DNA of 64,000 nucleotides. It comes from Heptranchias perlo. Taxonomy: Eukaryota. Where the stretch lies: positions 1,364,001-1,428,000 of the forward strand of contig NW_027138407.1 in the NCBI RefSeq assembly GCF_035084215.1. The letters run 5' to 3'. Below are positions 13,701 through 25,008 of this stretch, piece by piece. The notes under the pieces were generated by a model. That model searched no databases, was not told where the DNA came from, and saw only the letters and a program-made list of their open reading frames with translations. Within the stretch, counting starts at the first letter, position 1. The number at the start of each line of letters is the position of its first letter. The position numbers were made by a program, and so were the translations under genes.

Positions 13701-15050
13701 GCTGTTTCAAAAGCTGGCACAGGCATTAATTGCTGAAAGGGCTCCTCCTGTGCTACATGATTCCAACAAGTGAGGCGTCTATATTTTCTGCTTAGGCATG
13801 TCATTCTGCGCAATTGCAGCCAATCAATGATATTACAGATGGGACACTGTTGCACTAAGCTATTTGCAGCAGCTGAGCTCACTTCACTCTCTGTTTTGGA
13901 TTAAATCTCCAAGTACTGGGACAAAATATTCGCTTTCAAGCCAGATTCTCGTCTTGATAAATGCGCAAACTAGAGCATGAAATTAGATTACTTGAATTGT
14001 CCTGGCAATAGCACAATACAAAATCTTGTCTTTCTTTCTTTCATCCTTTCTTTTCTTCTTTCTATCTTTCTTTCCTTCCTGCTGTCTTATTTCTTTTAAC
14101 TGCTACGGCAGACACTTCAGGTCACTGGGAGAAAAAACTGAGACCAACTTTGGAAGTAGGCAGAAAACCGTGTCTATTGTTCGGGTGCCCACTCAGGATA
14201 TGCTTTAATCCGTCAGATGTGATAGGAGTAATCCACTGAAAAAATATGAACGTCGACATAATCTTGGAGTCGGCGCATTTCCCTTTCGCGTCCAGTCACC
14301 CACTGGTGTTCAGATTGAGGGAGAAGGTCCAAAGTGCCATTCCCCGTTTCAAAGGGAAGTGAAGAATAGACTCGCTAGGTCAACAATTGCTGATAAAGTG
14401 ATGACAATTTTGGTCCTTAAAAGCTCGTAGGCTGGCGGAAAAAGGGAAGAGTGTGGAGTGGAATTGCACATCTGAAAGCTCCGGGAAAAATTAGATAGTA
14501 TACCGTGGTCTTATGAAATGTAGACTATAGAATCATGGAATATTCCAGCAGAGGAGCTGGCCATTGTGTATTTGAACTCTGGGCTTGTGATGTTTCCACA
14601 CGAATCAGGGCCTAGCCGATACTTGAGGGCGCGGGAAACAGGTGAAAATCCACCAACCTAAATTTCTGTACCTAAGTGCTTTGCTCACTGCATTCTGGGT
14701 TAGATTTTAGACTTTACCCTTTGGGCTTTGAGGGTCACTCGGATTGAGCACAGCAAAGGAGATCTGCCGAATTGGTTGGAATGCCCAGAACAGAAGCCGA
14801 CGGATTTTGTTCCGCGAATTTCAATGGAGGGACAATGAGTTGGGTTCACTTCCTGGTATGGCAGTAAATACTGCCCATCCCTAGTTCCCCGAGGACATTC
14901 ACAGGCAACGACATACTGTGAGATTGAAATCAGGCCTGGTACCAAATTGGGTGGGGAACCCCTATCGGCCTGGGGTCCAATTGCCTTTCTTCCTCCACAA
15001 TCCAGTGCCACGGGAGCCTTCTCCTCCTGGCCAGATTTCCAAGTTTCCTT
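10745..15050 (+). repeat. Segmental duplication copy B (paralogue of ~1030-5430)
   Basis: Colinear identity with copy A, including shared LINE fragments; lacks the ~1745-1905 segment. Confidence 0.85.
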
Positions 15051-16799
15051 CCGGCTCTGCTCTTCTGTTCTCACCACTGACACCGCGTCTGGACCTAACT
15101 TTTGTTTCTTTACTTGTCCCATTATATTTGCCTTGCACTATCATCTCTTTTCTCATTTAACAAATCTCCTGACGCTCCATCTTAACGCTGAGTTTCCCTT
15201 TTGTTCTTCTTTCCCTGCACCACTCCCCTTTTATCCCCCTGGCGCTGTACTTGCTTAAAAACTGTTCGTCTCTAACATGTTCCAGTTCTCATGAAATGTC
15301 ATCGACCTGAAACGTTAACTCTGTTTCTATCTCTACAAATCGTGCCTGACCTGCTGAGTGATTTCACCATATTGTCTTTTTATTTCAGATTTTCCGCATC
15401 CGCAATGCTTTGTTTATGCATTGGGGCAGGTCGCTCCCCTGAAAGATATTAGTGGCCCATTTCGGTTCTTACCACAATCCCACTGTTTTCATTGTAATTT
15501 TATCTGGAACTAGCTCGCAAATTAACGGATGTTTTAAAAATTCAGTTTTACGAGTTGCCAGTGGTGGAATTTGTACTCACCACGACTATATGGATTTTAG
15601 GAGGAAGGGATGACTAAGGGGGCTGAGAAGGAACTGTTCCTAAAGATCCTTTGTGGAAGCGGAGGAACATGTAACAATTAAACCTGTAAGTTTGGTGATA
15701 TCTTGTGTGAAGTATATAAACAGGTCGATCCAAGTATACTGTATGGCTGCATTCAGACTTTACATTTTAATGTTGCTTCAGGCAACAATTTAATCGATTG
15801 TGGAGAGACTAGAGAAACTCGGATTCATCTCCTTAGACAAAAGTAGGTTAAGGGGAGATTTGATAGAGGCGTTCAAAATAATGAGGGGTTTTGATAGAAT
15901 AAATAGGATGAATCTTGTCTCCAGTGGCAGAAGGGTAGGGAACCAGAGGACACAACGATTTAAGATAATGAGAAAAAAAATCCAGGGGAAATGAGGAGAA
16001 TATGTTTAAGCAGTTGGATGTTCAGGTCTGCAATGCACTGCCTGCGATGATGGGGGACGCAGATTCAAGAGTAACATTCAAAAGGGAATTGGATATACAC
16101 TTGAAAAGGAGATGGGGAAAGAGCAGGGGGGAGTGGGGCCAATTGGATAGCTCTTTGCAAGAGCCGGCACGGGCACGATAGGCCGAATGCGCTGTATGAT
16201 TCTATGATTTACGGCAATGAACAAGTGCATTCACAGGATTGCAACATGGCCAAGTGTTTTTGATTGACTTTACTTGCAGTCTAAATAACAGATAAAATTT
16301 ACGCTTTAAAGAAATGTGCCCTAATCTCTGTTGCTCAGAAAGTCACTTGCTAATGTCGCTATTATTTTATGTCCCTGCTCATTGCAACATCCGCCCTCCC
16401 CTCCCCGCCTAACTGCCACCTCGCTGCTTTAGATTCCAGCCCCAGGCGATTAAACCGCAGTTTGCCCATGTGTTCAAACTGACAGATTCCGTGACCTTGT
16501 TCGCTGAAACAGCACCTTCAACGCATTTCCTGCTGCCCCTGGTTGCCTTGTCAACGGAGCTCTGGTTCCTCCAGTCAAGAGACAACTCGTGAATCGTTAG
16601 CCCTCAACAGTTGCGGTCGAAACACGGAGCCTAAAGACAATTAACCTTTCTGCTGCCGCATGATTTAAAATAAACCGATGGAAAAAATAAACCTGGTGAC
16701 TGATCGAGCGCCGGAGACTTTTATGTCATCCAATAATTTTAGATTAGAGAGCCCCAAATTTCCCCTTAAAATTCAAAGAGAAAGGATAGCTCATTCTAT

Positions 16800-17115
16800 A
16801 TGTTGAACAAAAGTAAAACCTTTATTCACATTGTGGTACAAGTAGACAAAAAATTAAAACCGCGCATCATTAAAGTTACCAAAAGCATTGTTAATTAATT
16901 GCAGTACAACCAAAAAATCAAGGAGAAAACGATTGCAGCAGAGCAGAAGAGGCGCCAATTGCGAACAGAGGGTAACTTCTCTCCACGTTTAGCACGGTGC
17001 TAATGCGAGGCGACCAGAGAAAATCTCCCTCCAAAATGGTAAAGGAACAGTGACATGGCAACAGTTCAGACTCAACCCTTGAGTTGAACGGTTTGCTTCC
17101 AATGCAGACAGATGT
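16800..17115 (-). other. TRDC: Putative TCR-delta C exon 4 (3' UTR) with polyA signal
   Basis: Acceptor tttctttgacag (17116-17127, minus) and AATAAA at 16821-16826 (minus); the TM exon ends TAA G|gtaag, so a non-coding last exon is expected. Confidence 0.5.
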
Positions 17116-20100
17116 CTGTCAAAGAAATGCATCTGGCGCTCTTAGGTGATATAAAATAAAAACAAACTCAATTTAAAATAACTTTCAGAGAAAAGCAAAC
17201 ATTTGCAGGTGTTTGGGGAAAGAGCAGGGTGAGTGCGATTAATTGGATAGCTCTTTTAAACAGCCAGCGCAGGGACGATGGGCCAGATGCCCTCATTCTG
17301 TGCTGCAAGATTCCATGATTATAAGAAATGCATGTAAATTTGTGCACTAATTGCAAGCTAAAGTGATATTTTGGAAATTTCTTTTGACGAATTCAAGCAT
17401 AGAAATATAATTTTGAACTCTACCTATAAAAATCTATGATTTTATGCATGTGATCAACTTGTTTTCTTAATATATGCAATGAGCATTCGACAAAACAATG
17501 ACTATAAAATCAATATGTCACAGAAATTGGACAAACGTTTTCTAAAGGAGAAGGTTTAACAGTGGCAGGAGCAGAGAATTAGCCGATTAACACCTGCGAT
17601 ATTGAACTAAAGTAAATTGAGTCAGTTGAACTCGATGTCTCGGGCTCTGAATTCCCAGTGGGTTGTGCTCACGCTGGAATCCATTTCATCGGAGAGAATT
17701 CCTGTTTGAATAAAAGCACCAGATGTAATCAGTGGACTGCAAGAAGTGACATCGAACAGTGCACGTGAAAAGAGCGGATTTAGATGTTGAACGTATTTCA
17801 GTCTTTAACTCTCCACCTTGGAAAATTCTGCCGTGCATATGCTCAAACGCTTAACGCATGCATATAGCTTGCCTCTGTTATGCATAGAATTACATAGAAT
17901 GTACAGGATAGAAACAGGCCATTCTGCCCAACTGTTCCATGTCTGTGTTTCTGCTACACACGAGCCTTCTCCCACATGTCTTCATCTCAGCCTATCAACA
18001 CATCCTTCCATTCCTTATTCCCTCATGAACTTATCGAGCTTCCCTTTAAATGCATCTGTGCTATTTGCCTCAAATATTCCACGTGATAGCGAGTTGCAAG
18101 TTCTCGGGGTAAAGTATTTTCTACTGAATACCCTATTGGATTTGTTGGTGACTATCTTTTATTTATGGCCCCGAGATTTGGTTTCCCTCACGAGTGGAAA
18201 CATATTCTCTACGTGTAACCTATCAACCACTTTCACAGTCCTAAAGACCTATATCAGGTCACCCCTCAGCCTTCTGTTTTCCAGAGAAAAGAGGCCCAGC
18301 ATGTTCAGCCTTTCCTGATAGGTATATAATTGCCATTGTAAGTTGCTATGTCAACATTTCCTGTCCATTTTTTCTCATTCCACTGTAGCAATGCATTTTT
18401 TCTAAAAAAAAATCTCGGGATATGGGCGTCGCTGGCACGGCTGGCATTTCTTGCCTATCATTAGTAGCCCTAGAGAAGTGATGGTGGGCCTTTTGATTGA
18501 AGCGCTGCCGACCACGTGGTGAAGAGGCTCCCATAATGCTGATAGGTCGCGAGGCCCAGGATTTGACATTTGACTCAGCGACCATAAAGGTATAGCATTG
18601 CAATCTCTTTAAATTCATTGTATATTGCAACCTGTAAATATAGATGGCACCGGAATTCTGTACCAGGGCGTTGTGGGCTCGTACCGAACATAGGAACATG
18701 AGGAACAGGAGAAGGTCATTCAGCCCATCGAGCCTGCGCCGCTATTCAATGAGATCACGTCTGATCTGTGCCTCAACGATATTTTCCAACCTCCGTTGAT
18801 ATCCCTGTCTAACAAAAAGCAGTCTATCTCAGTCTTGAGAGCTCAATTGCTCCAGAGCATCCACAGCCCTTTGGGAGAGAGAATTTTAGGTTTCTACTAA
18901 CCTTTGTGTGAAAAAAATGCTTCCTGATTTCCCTCTTAAATTGCCTGGCTCTATTTGTAAGATTATTTCGCCTCGTTGTTGATTCCCCCACCAGATAAAT
19001 AGTTTATCTGCATCAACCCTATCGACTCCTTTTAACATTTTAAAGAATTCGAACAGATCAATCCTCAGTCTTCGATACTCAGTGGAATACAGGCCATGTT
19101 TACGCAATCTGTCCTCAGAAATGGCTGAAGATTAGAAATTAATAGAGTGCAGGTAGTTAATGTTTTTTCAGCTTAAGAAAATGTGGCTGGTGGGATGTGA
19201 GTACATTTGGTGCTTGTACCGCTCTTGATATTCATAGAAATACTTCATTTGGATATGGGCGTGAAGGAGATATCAAATTTGCTGACCTTATAATTTTGGG
19301 GGTGGGGACATGGAGGAAAAAAATGGGGCAGGTTGCAGGAGGACATGCGCCGTTTAGAAGAGCGGGGAGATATATGGCAAAGGGAAATCATCGTCGACAT
19401 GTGTGAGCTCGAACATGTTTGGGGGAAAATAATCGAGTATGGAAATATGAGCCGAATTGTAATCAAGTAAACAAACCGAGAGATCCAGGGGCCAGAGATA
19501 GACAGATATTTAAAAGTAGGGTCAATGACAGAAATTATGCTGTAACAACAACAGCAACAGCAACTTTCATTTATACAGCGCCTTGAACGTAGTAAAACGT
19601 CCCAAGGCGCTTCACAGCAGCGTTTCCAAACAAAATTTGAAACATAAGGAGATATAAGGTCAGTGACGATAAGTTTGGTCAAAGAGGCAGGTTTTGAGGA
19701 CTATCTTCAAGGAGTGGCGATATGGAAAGGCGGTGAACTTTATGGAGGGTCTAGGCAGCTGAAGGCACGGCCGCCAGTGGTGAGGCGAAGGAAGTGGTGA
19801 ATACACAAGAGGAGGGAATTGGAGGGATACAGAGTTCTCGGAGGCTTGTACGGGTGAAGGACGTTATGGAGATGGGGAGGTGCGAGGTCATGGAAGGATT
19901 TGAGCACAAGGTTATGCTAAACAAGGGGACTCATCATCCCAAGTAGCTGATGACGCACTTGTGCAAAGCGTTCTTTGGGTCTCAACTGGATTAATATGTG
20001 GACCTGTGGGAATCTTGTTTTCAAACTGGATATTCAAGCAATGAAGATGTGCAACAGAAAATAAATAGATTAATAACGGCATGAGCGCATTTATTGATGA

Positions 20101-20503
20101 GGAACTTGGCAAATGTAATGTGGCACAGAAATACATTAGAAAAGTTCCAAATCTGGACAAGTTTCAGAAGACATAGGGACTACAATTCAACGTCGATGGG
20201 TCGCAAAATGGGCAGTAGAGGGATCGGTTGATCATTATACTACAAGGCAACGGAAAAGCGGACAGGGTGTAGAAGCGGAGGCCAATACTCAACCCGCCAT
20301 TTTGCGCCCCCGCCGAAGTTGCATTTTACACCCAAATAGTACGAGACTATTTTCAGTGTCTGTTTTAAGAGTTTCGTTGCGGGTCGGCCGCCGGTTATCG
20401 GAATGGGAATCGAGCATTTACGTTATTGATTGCCAAGTTCATTGCTAAAATATTGTAAATAACAAATTATATTCTGCATGTGCATTGGGGTGATCAATCT
20501 TAC

Positions 20504-20614
20504 CTTAAAATAAGCACACTCTGGCCGTCAGCAGGACACTGAAAGCGACGCACTTCAAAAAGAGAACTCTCAATCCCATCACCGTCAAAGACAGAAAATT
20601 CACCCTCGGTAGAT
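20504..20614 (-). CDS. TRDC: TCR-delta C exon 3 (transmembrane/cytoplasmic)
   Basis: cttacag|(D)LPRVNFLSLTVMGLRVLFLKCVAFSVLLTARVCLF* G|gtaag; carries the Arg and Lys CD3-association residues and closely resembles the TRDC TM pattern (VN.MSLTVLGLR.LF.K). Confidence 0.93.
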
Positions 20615-20835
20615 CTGTAAGAATCATCAACTTAAAGCGTTGATTTGGTTAAACAATCCCACTGTATTTCACTAAAATACAAATATCTGCACCACAAAAT
20701 TGGAATGTATTGCTCTATCTATCCAGCTGGCTGGTTAATATACAACTATCCAAGTATCTATCTATCTGTCTAGCTCTCCTTTTTTCTGTCTGTCTTTCTG
20801 CCTTTACCGAAACATATTTAAAATAAGGTACTGAC

Positions 20836-20907
20836 CTGTTTGGGCGTCCTTCGTCCCTGCTCTGAAATTATTTGAACGTTTTCCACAATCAGGCTTTCTG
20901 CCGGGGC
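20836..20907 (-). CDS. TRDC: TCR-delta C exon 2 (connecting peptide with interchain Cys)
   Basis: ttagcag|..PGRKPDCGKRSNNFRAGTKDAQT G|gtcagt; phase 1-1 exon, in frame with the TM exon. Confidence 0.85.
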
Positions 20908-21573
20908 CTGCTAACAAACATTTAAATGATTTTTTGAGTAAGTGACTTTGTTGTTGCTATTGTTGTCATTATTATCACTGTTATTATTGTCGTTATTTGC
21001 AGCAATAATGGAGGAAGTAGTAAAAAAGCTGTAGTATTGATTCTTTGGCCTTTTTATTAATTACAGTCGGACTTCGAGAATTGTGCCAGCCCTGGTTCAG
21101 TGGTAGCAATGTGGCTTCTGAATCGGAAGATTGTGGGTTCCAAATCCCACTCCAGAGACTTGAGACCATTATTCAGACCGACACTGCCAGTGCCAGCATT
21201 GTGAGAGCGCTGCACTGTAGGAGGTGCCGTCTTTCGGGTGAGATGTTCAACCGAGGCCCCGTTTGCCCTCACCGGTGGACCTGAAAGACCCCATGGTATT
21301 TCGAAGAAGAGCAAGGGTGTTCTCCTCAGTGCCCCGGTCAATCTTGATCCCTGAATCAGCGTCACTAGAACAGATGAACTGGTCATTATCACATTGCTTT
21401 GTTTGTGGGATCTCGCTGTGCGCATAATGGCTGTTGTATTACCCTACATTAAAGCAGTGACTACACTTCAAACAGTACTTCATTGGCTGTAAAGCGCTTT
21501 GGGAATTCCCGATACCTCAAAAAGGCGCTTTATAAATTCAAGTTCTTTATTCATGAAACATTTTATTACTCAC

Positions 21574-21895
21574 CGGCTGCAGATTCCTGGCTGTCGCTTA
21601 TTTGCATAAAAAGATCGAGCCCTGTGTTTTGCCTCACACGTGACATTTACTGAATGTTTGGATGAATTGAAAGAGAGGAACCCTGAGCTCCTGTAATACC
21701 CGTTGTTTAATAAGTGACTGGATATCGTGACATCGGTCTTTGGGACAGTGGTTGTATCCATGAAGAGCCCAATCTCTTTGGGGGTGAATTCCGATACCAA
21801 ACATACCACCGCCGTGTCAGTACTCTCCCCGTCCCCTCTTTGTATCGCGGGCGGGTAAAAGACCGACACGGTTGGCTCTTTCGGAGTTTTGTCCT
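21574..21895 (-). CDS. TRDC: TCR-delta C exon 1 (C1-set Ig domain); splice-phase anomaly at its 3' end
   Basis: ttcag|(K)DKTPKEPTVSVFYP..AVVCLVSEFTPK..NGYY..VTCEAKH..|gtgagt; 322 bp, enters in phase 1 and exits in phase 2. Confidence 0.9.
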
Positions 21896-23441
21896 CTGAA
21901 AATTAAAGAATAGAACGGGGAAATTATTTTGACTTCATTAATGTTGAGCACAGACCGATACATCAATAAATGACTGATAATGAAATTCGACAATAAAACA
22001 ATAGTGCACAGAAATTTAAAGGAAAACAGCCAATCGAGCCTGTTCCACTATTCGATTTGATCATGGCTGAACTGTATCTTAACTCCATTTACCCGCCTTG
22101 GTAACGTAACCCTTAATACCCTTGCCTAACAAAATCTATCAATTTCAGTTTTGAAATTTTCAATTGACCCCAATCCTAAGCAGTTTTCCGTGGAGACAGT
22201 TCCAAATTTCCACTGCCATTTGTGTGATGAAGTGCTCCCTGACATCACCCCTGAACGGCCTGGCTCTAATTTTAAGGTTGTGCCCCCTTGTTCTGGACTC
22301 CCCCACTATAGGAATAAGTTTCTCTCTATCTACCCTTTCAAATCCTTTAATCATCTTAAACCCCTCAACCATTCTCCATTCAAAGGCATCCCATTTTCCA
22401 ATAGCTCCCTGTGTTCAGAAATTTCTCTCATCACCTTCGCTTAGTGGCTATTTCAAATTGATGACTCCTCCTCGCCTTAAATTGTTGTTAGTTGCTCAAA
22501 TCCTTATATAACGTGGCAGACGTTATTTCTTCATCCACTGACTCTAGTCCGCTGCATTAAAAATATGATTTCCCGTTATTTTCAGCAAATCAAGATTTTT
22601 GTTTTAATTCCATGGACCACCATTATTCTCGCGATCAAATAATTTGGCTTTTACGGATTAGTTGTGCTTGTGTAAGGTTGGCTTTTGCAAGAAAAATCAA
22701 CCCCATAATATCTAAACGTACATAGATCGCTAAATTTCGGCACACAATGATCTGTGAATCCAGATTATTGATTTTTTTTTTGCAATTAATGTGTATGAGA
22801 CATGGGCTATTTGAACTTACTCAAATCCACACTTCAACACAGGAACATCTGTACATCCACCGACAAACACGGTGTTAAATTTCTGTGCACAGCTGAAAGT
22901 TTCTGCATAAACTGCACCAAATGAATGGGAACACAACACAACGTCTCAAATATGATTGTTGCATGCAATGATTTAAGGTCCCCTATAACAATCCTGGAGT
23001 AATGATTCAACAAGCAATATCTGGAATGATTCCGCAGACACTGAAGCCACCGCTGGTTTCCTTTCCATCGCGGTAATGCGGATGTAGTAAAACTCTCAAT
23101 TGCATCCAATTTGTTATCGTTATGGAAAGAATGTAAACTCGCGCACAATCGCTGGAAAATTGCGTCTGATATCGAAGGGTAAACTATCAGATTATCTGGT
23201 CGTTATCACTTTGCTATTTGGAAACCTTGCTGTGCGCAAAATGCCTGCTGTGTTTCCTGCATTACAACAGTAAAGCAGCTTCAGACGTCCTGGGGTCGCG
23301 AAAGGCGCTTTCACAATTGAATGTATTATTTCTTTCTAAAAAATCATTTCCGAGCTCGTCCCCCAATATTTAGCAGATACCTTATGGCATGAATCTTTTA
23401 TTGTTACAAAAGGGCGTGTAATTTGCTTAAATGTTTCTTAC

Positions 23442-23503
23442 TTGTCTGTACAATCACTTCAGTTCCGTCTCCAAATGTTAGTTTAGCAGCATAACCTAAT
23501 CCA
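23442..23503 (-). other. TRDJ: J-delta segment, the only intact J of the cluster
   Basis: GLGYAAKLTFGDGTEVIVQT A|gtaag (FGxG intact); RSS CACAGTG 23504-23510 + 13 bp + TGTAAAACC 23524-23532; splices in frame to C exon 1. Confidence 0.92.
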
Positions 23504-23583
23504 CACAGTGATAGGTACCTAACTGTAAAACCCTCTCTGCGCCACCAGGTCTGATTCCTGCGCATTGCTCCAGAAAGAGGACA

Positions 23584-23650
23584 GGTTGTTGGAAAAGTGA
23601 ACTGGGTACCGCAGACCCCCGTTAATGGGGCAAATTATCTTAACCGCGAT
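23584..23650 (-). pseudogene. Possible highly degenerate J
   Basis: Reads PLTGVCGTQFTFPT, echoing PLxFGxGTQLTVxP; no donor or RSS recognisable. Confidence 0.35.
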
Positions 23651-23750
23651 TTAATAATAGATACCTGGTCTCTCCAACAATATTCACCAGAAGGCAACAC
23701 GTGTTCACAAGGGGGGGAAGAACGATACAATGTTCTTATATTTTGCTTAC

Positions 23751-23804
23751 CCTGTTGTAAAATAATTCTGGCCTCACTTATGAATATTAGTTTCATGGCC
23801 GTAT
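23751..23804 (-). pseudogene. Pseudo-J
   Basis: DTAMKLIFISEARIILQQ G|gtaag: KLIF and donor kept, GxG lost, RSS degenerate. Confidence 0.6.
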
Positions 23805-24123
23805 CTCAATATCCTGCCAATTAACAGCTGAACAGGCAGAAACCTGTTCCAGGAGCGCTGTAACTGTCTGGACTGTAGCGTAAAAGTAAAACCAAAAGCT
23901 TCAACTGTGGCCTCATCTTGCTGAATTGCGTACTGGACATCTTTAGAAGTGTGGCTTAATTGCCTTTCGCCATTACACACACAGTTCAGTGAAACATCTC
24001 CCTCTAGCACATACGTGTGTGTTCGTGCTAAGGACTGGATATCAGTTTAAGGAATAGACACTAACTTTGCATCATCCACTAAATCGCCCTGAATTGAGAT
24101 TAAGAAGACCCAAATCTCCACAT

Positions 24124-24186
24124 TCCGTTGCACAATCAATCTGGTCCCCGGTTCCAAATGTTAGCTTATCACCCCGCCCATACTCT
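24124..24186 (-). pseudogene. Pseudo-J
   Basis: EYGRGDKLTFGTG(+1 G)TRLIVQR; frameshift, donor GT lost, no usable heptamer. Confidence 0.75.
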
Positions 24187-24299
24187 ATTATGTAAAAATA
24201 TAACTGTGCGACTCTGCGTCTTGATTGAGTCCAATTTGAAACCGCTAAATATGAAAAACAGAAAAAGTTGAGAGACCAAATTGGGGAGTAGGTACTTAC

Positions 24300-24364
24300 T
24301 GGGTTCCGCAATCAGCCTGTCTCCATTCCAAAACGTGAGCTTTTATTTGTCTCCGTATGTCAAT
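24300..24364 (-). pseudogene. Pseudo-J
   Basis: ..GDK*KLTFWNGDRLIAEP A|gtaagt: in-frame TAA and FG->FW; RSS CACAGTT 24365-24371 with only a 10-bp spacer to ACAAGATCC. Confidence 0.75.
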
Positions 24365-24697
24365 CACAGTTGATCCCTATAACAAGATCCCTTGGAATCT
24401 CCTCCACATCTCCCAGCAACTGATCATCTTGTTCAAGAAGGATAGGGCTGGTGAGCTTAATTGCATGTCTTTATTCACCAGCCGTCTTGGAGCGTTCCCG
24501 CAATGTGATCACAGCAATAAATATCCAGGGAAAATAAAGTAACAAAATGAACAGAATGTAAAACGGTAACGCTCCGGGGGTAACCGTTGCTTGATTGCAA
24601 CTGGGCCGTCCCCGGGGCTTGTTGAGAATGTTGTTGTGCCGTTCTGTGTAGATGGGAGGTTATTGTACGAGCACTTAAGCAGACTGAAACCACTGTG

Positions 24698-25008
24698 CGC
24701 ATCGGTGCGCACACTCACAGCACAGTGATACACAGCGGAGTCACTCGATTGTAATTTGGAGATGATTAACCGGCTGATTTTCTTGACAGGATCGATAGAA
24801 GCAGAAATTCTGCCCACGGCAGCGTTTTCATTGTTCCCTGCTCCTGAAGTGTGTCTCTGTAGGAGGTATTTCGGAGCCTGCCCTGGGCACTGACTGTACC
24901 AGTGTACTGTGTACGGACAGACCCCTGACAATTTGCAGCTTAAAGTAACGGTGTCACCGGCAGCAGAGGTTTGTCGAGGCAATCTCTGGGACACAGATAA
25001 ACTGGAAT
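24698..25008 (-). CDS. Leaderless NAR-TCR supporting V-delta (STCRDV-type)
   Basis: cctgcag|(D)SSLSVSQRLPRQTSAAGDTVTLSCKLSGVCPYTVHWYSQCPGQAPKYLL..AVYHCAVSVRTDA; CDR1 Cys; no leader exon found upstream, in frame with the NAR J donor; RSS CACAGTG 24691-24697 + 24 bp + ACAATAACC 24658-24666. Confidence 0.9.

Noticed and set aside
21570-21895. Constant region as TCR-alpha or Ig C
   Set aside because: TM sequence, exon layout and linkage to a NAR-TCR cassette fit TCR-delta; there is a single C domain and no long J-alpha array upstream.
24501-24516. CAATGTG-AT-CACAGCA as a functional D-delta or germline signal joint
   Set aside because: Both heptamers are imperfect and no convincing nonamer lies at 12 or 23 bp; kept only as a possible relic.
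24721-24727. Perfect heptamer inside the YHC codons of the supporting V (also near 59550), suggesting V replacement
   Set aside because: Follows from a single TAC->CAC change; no nonamer at 12 or 23 bp.
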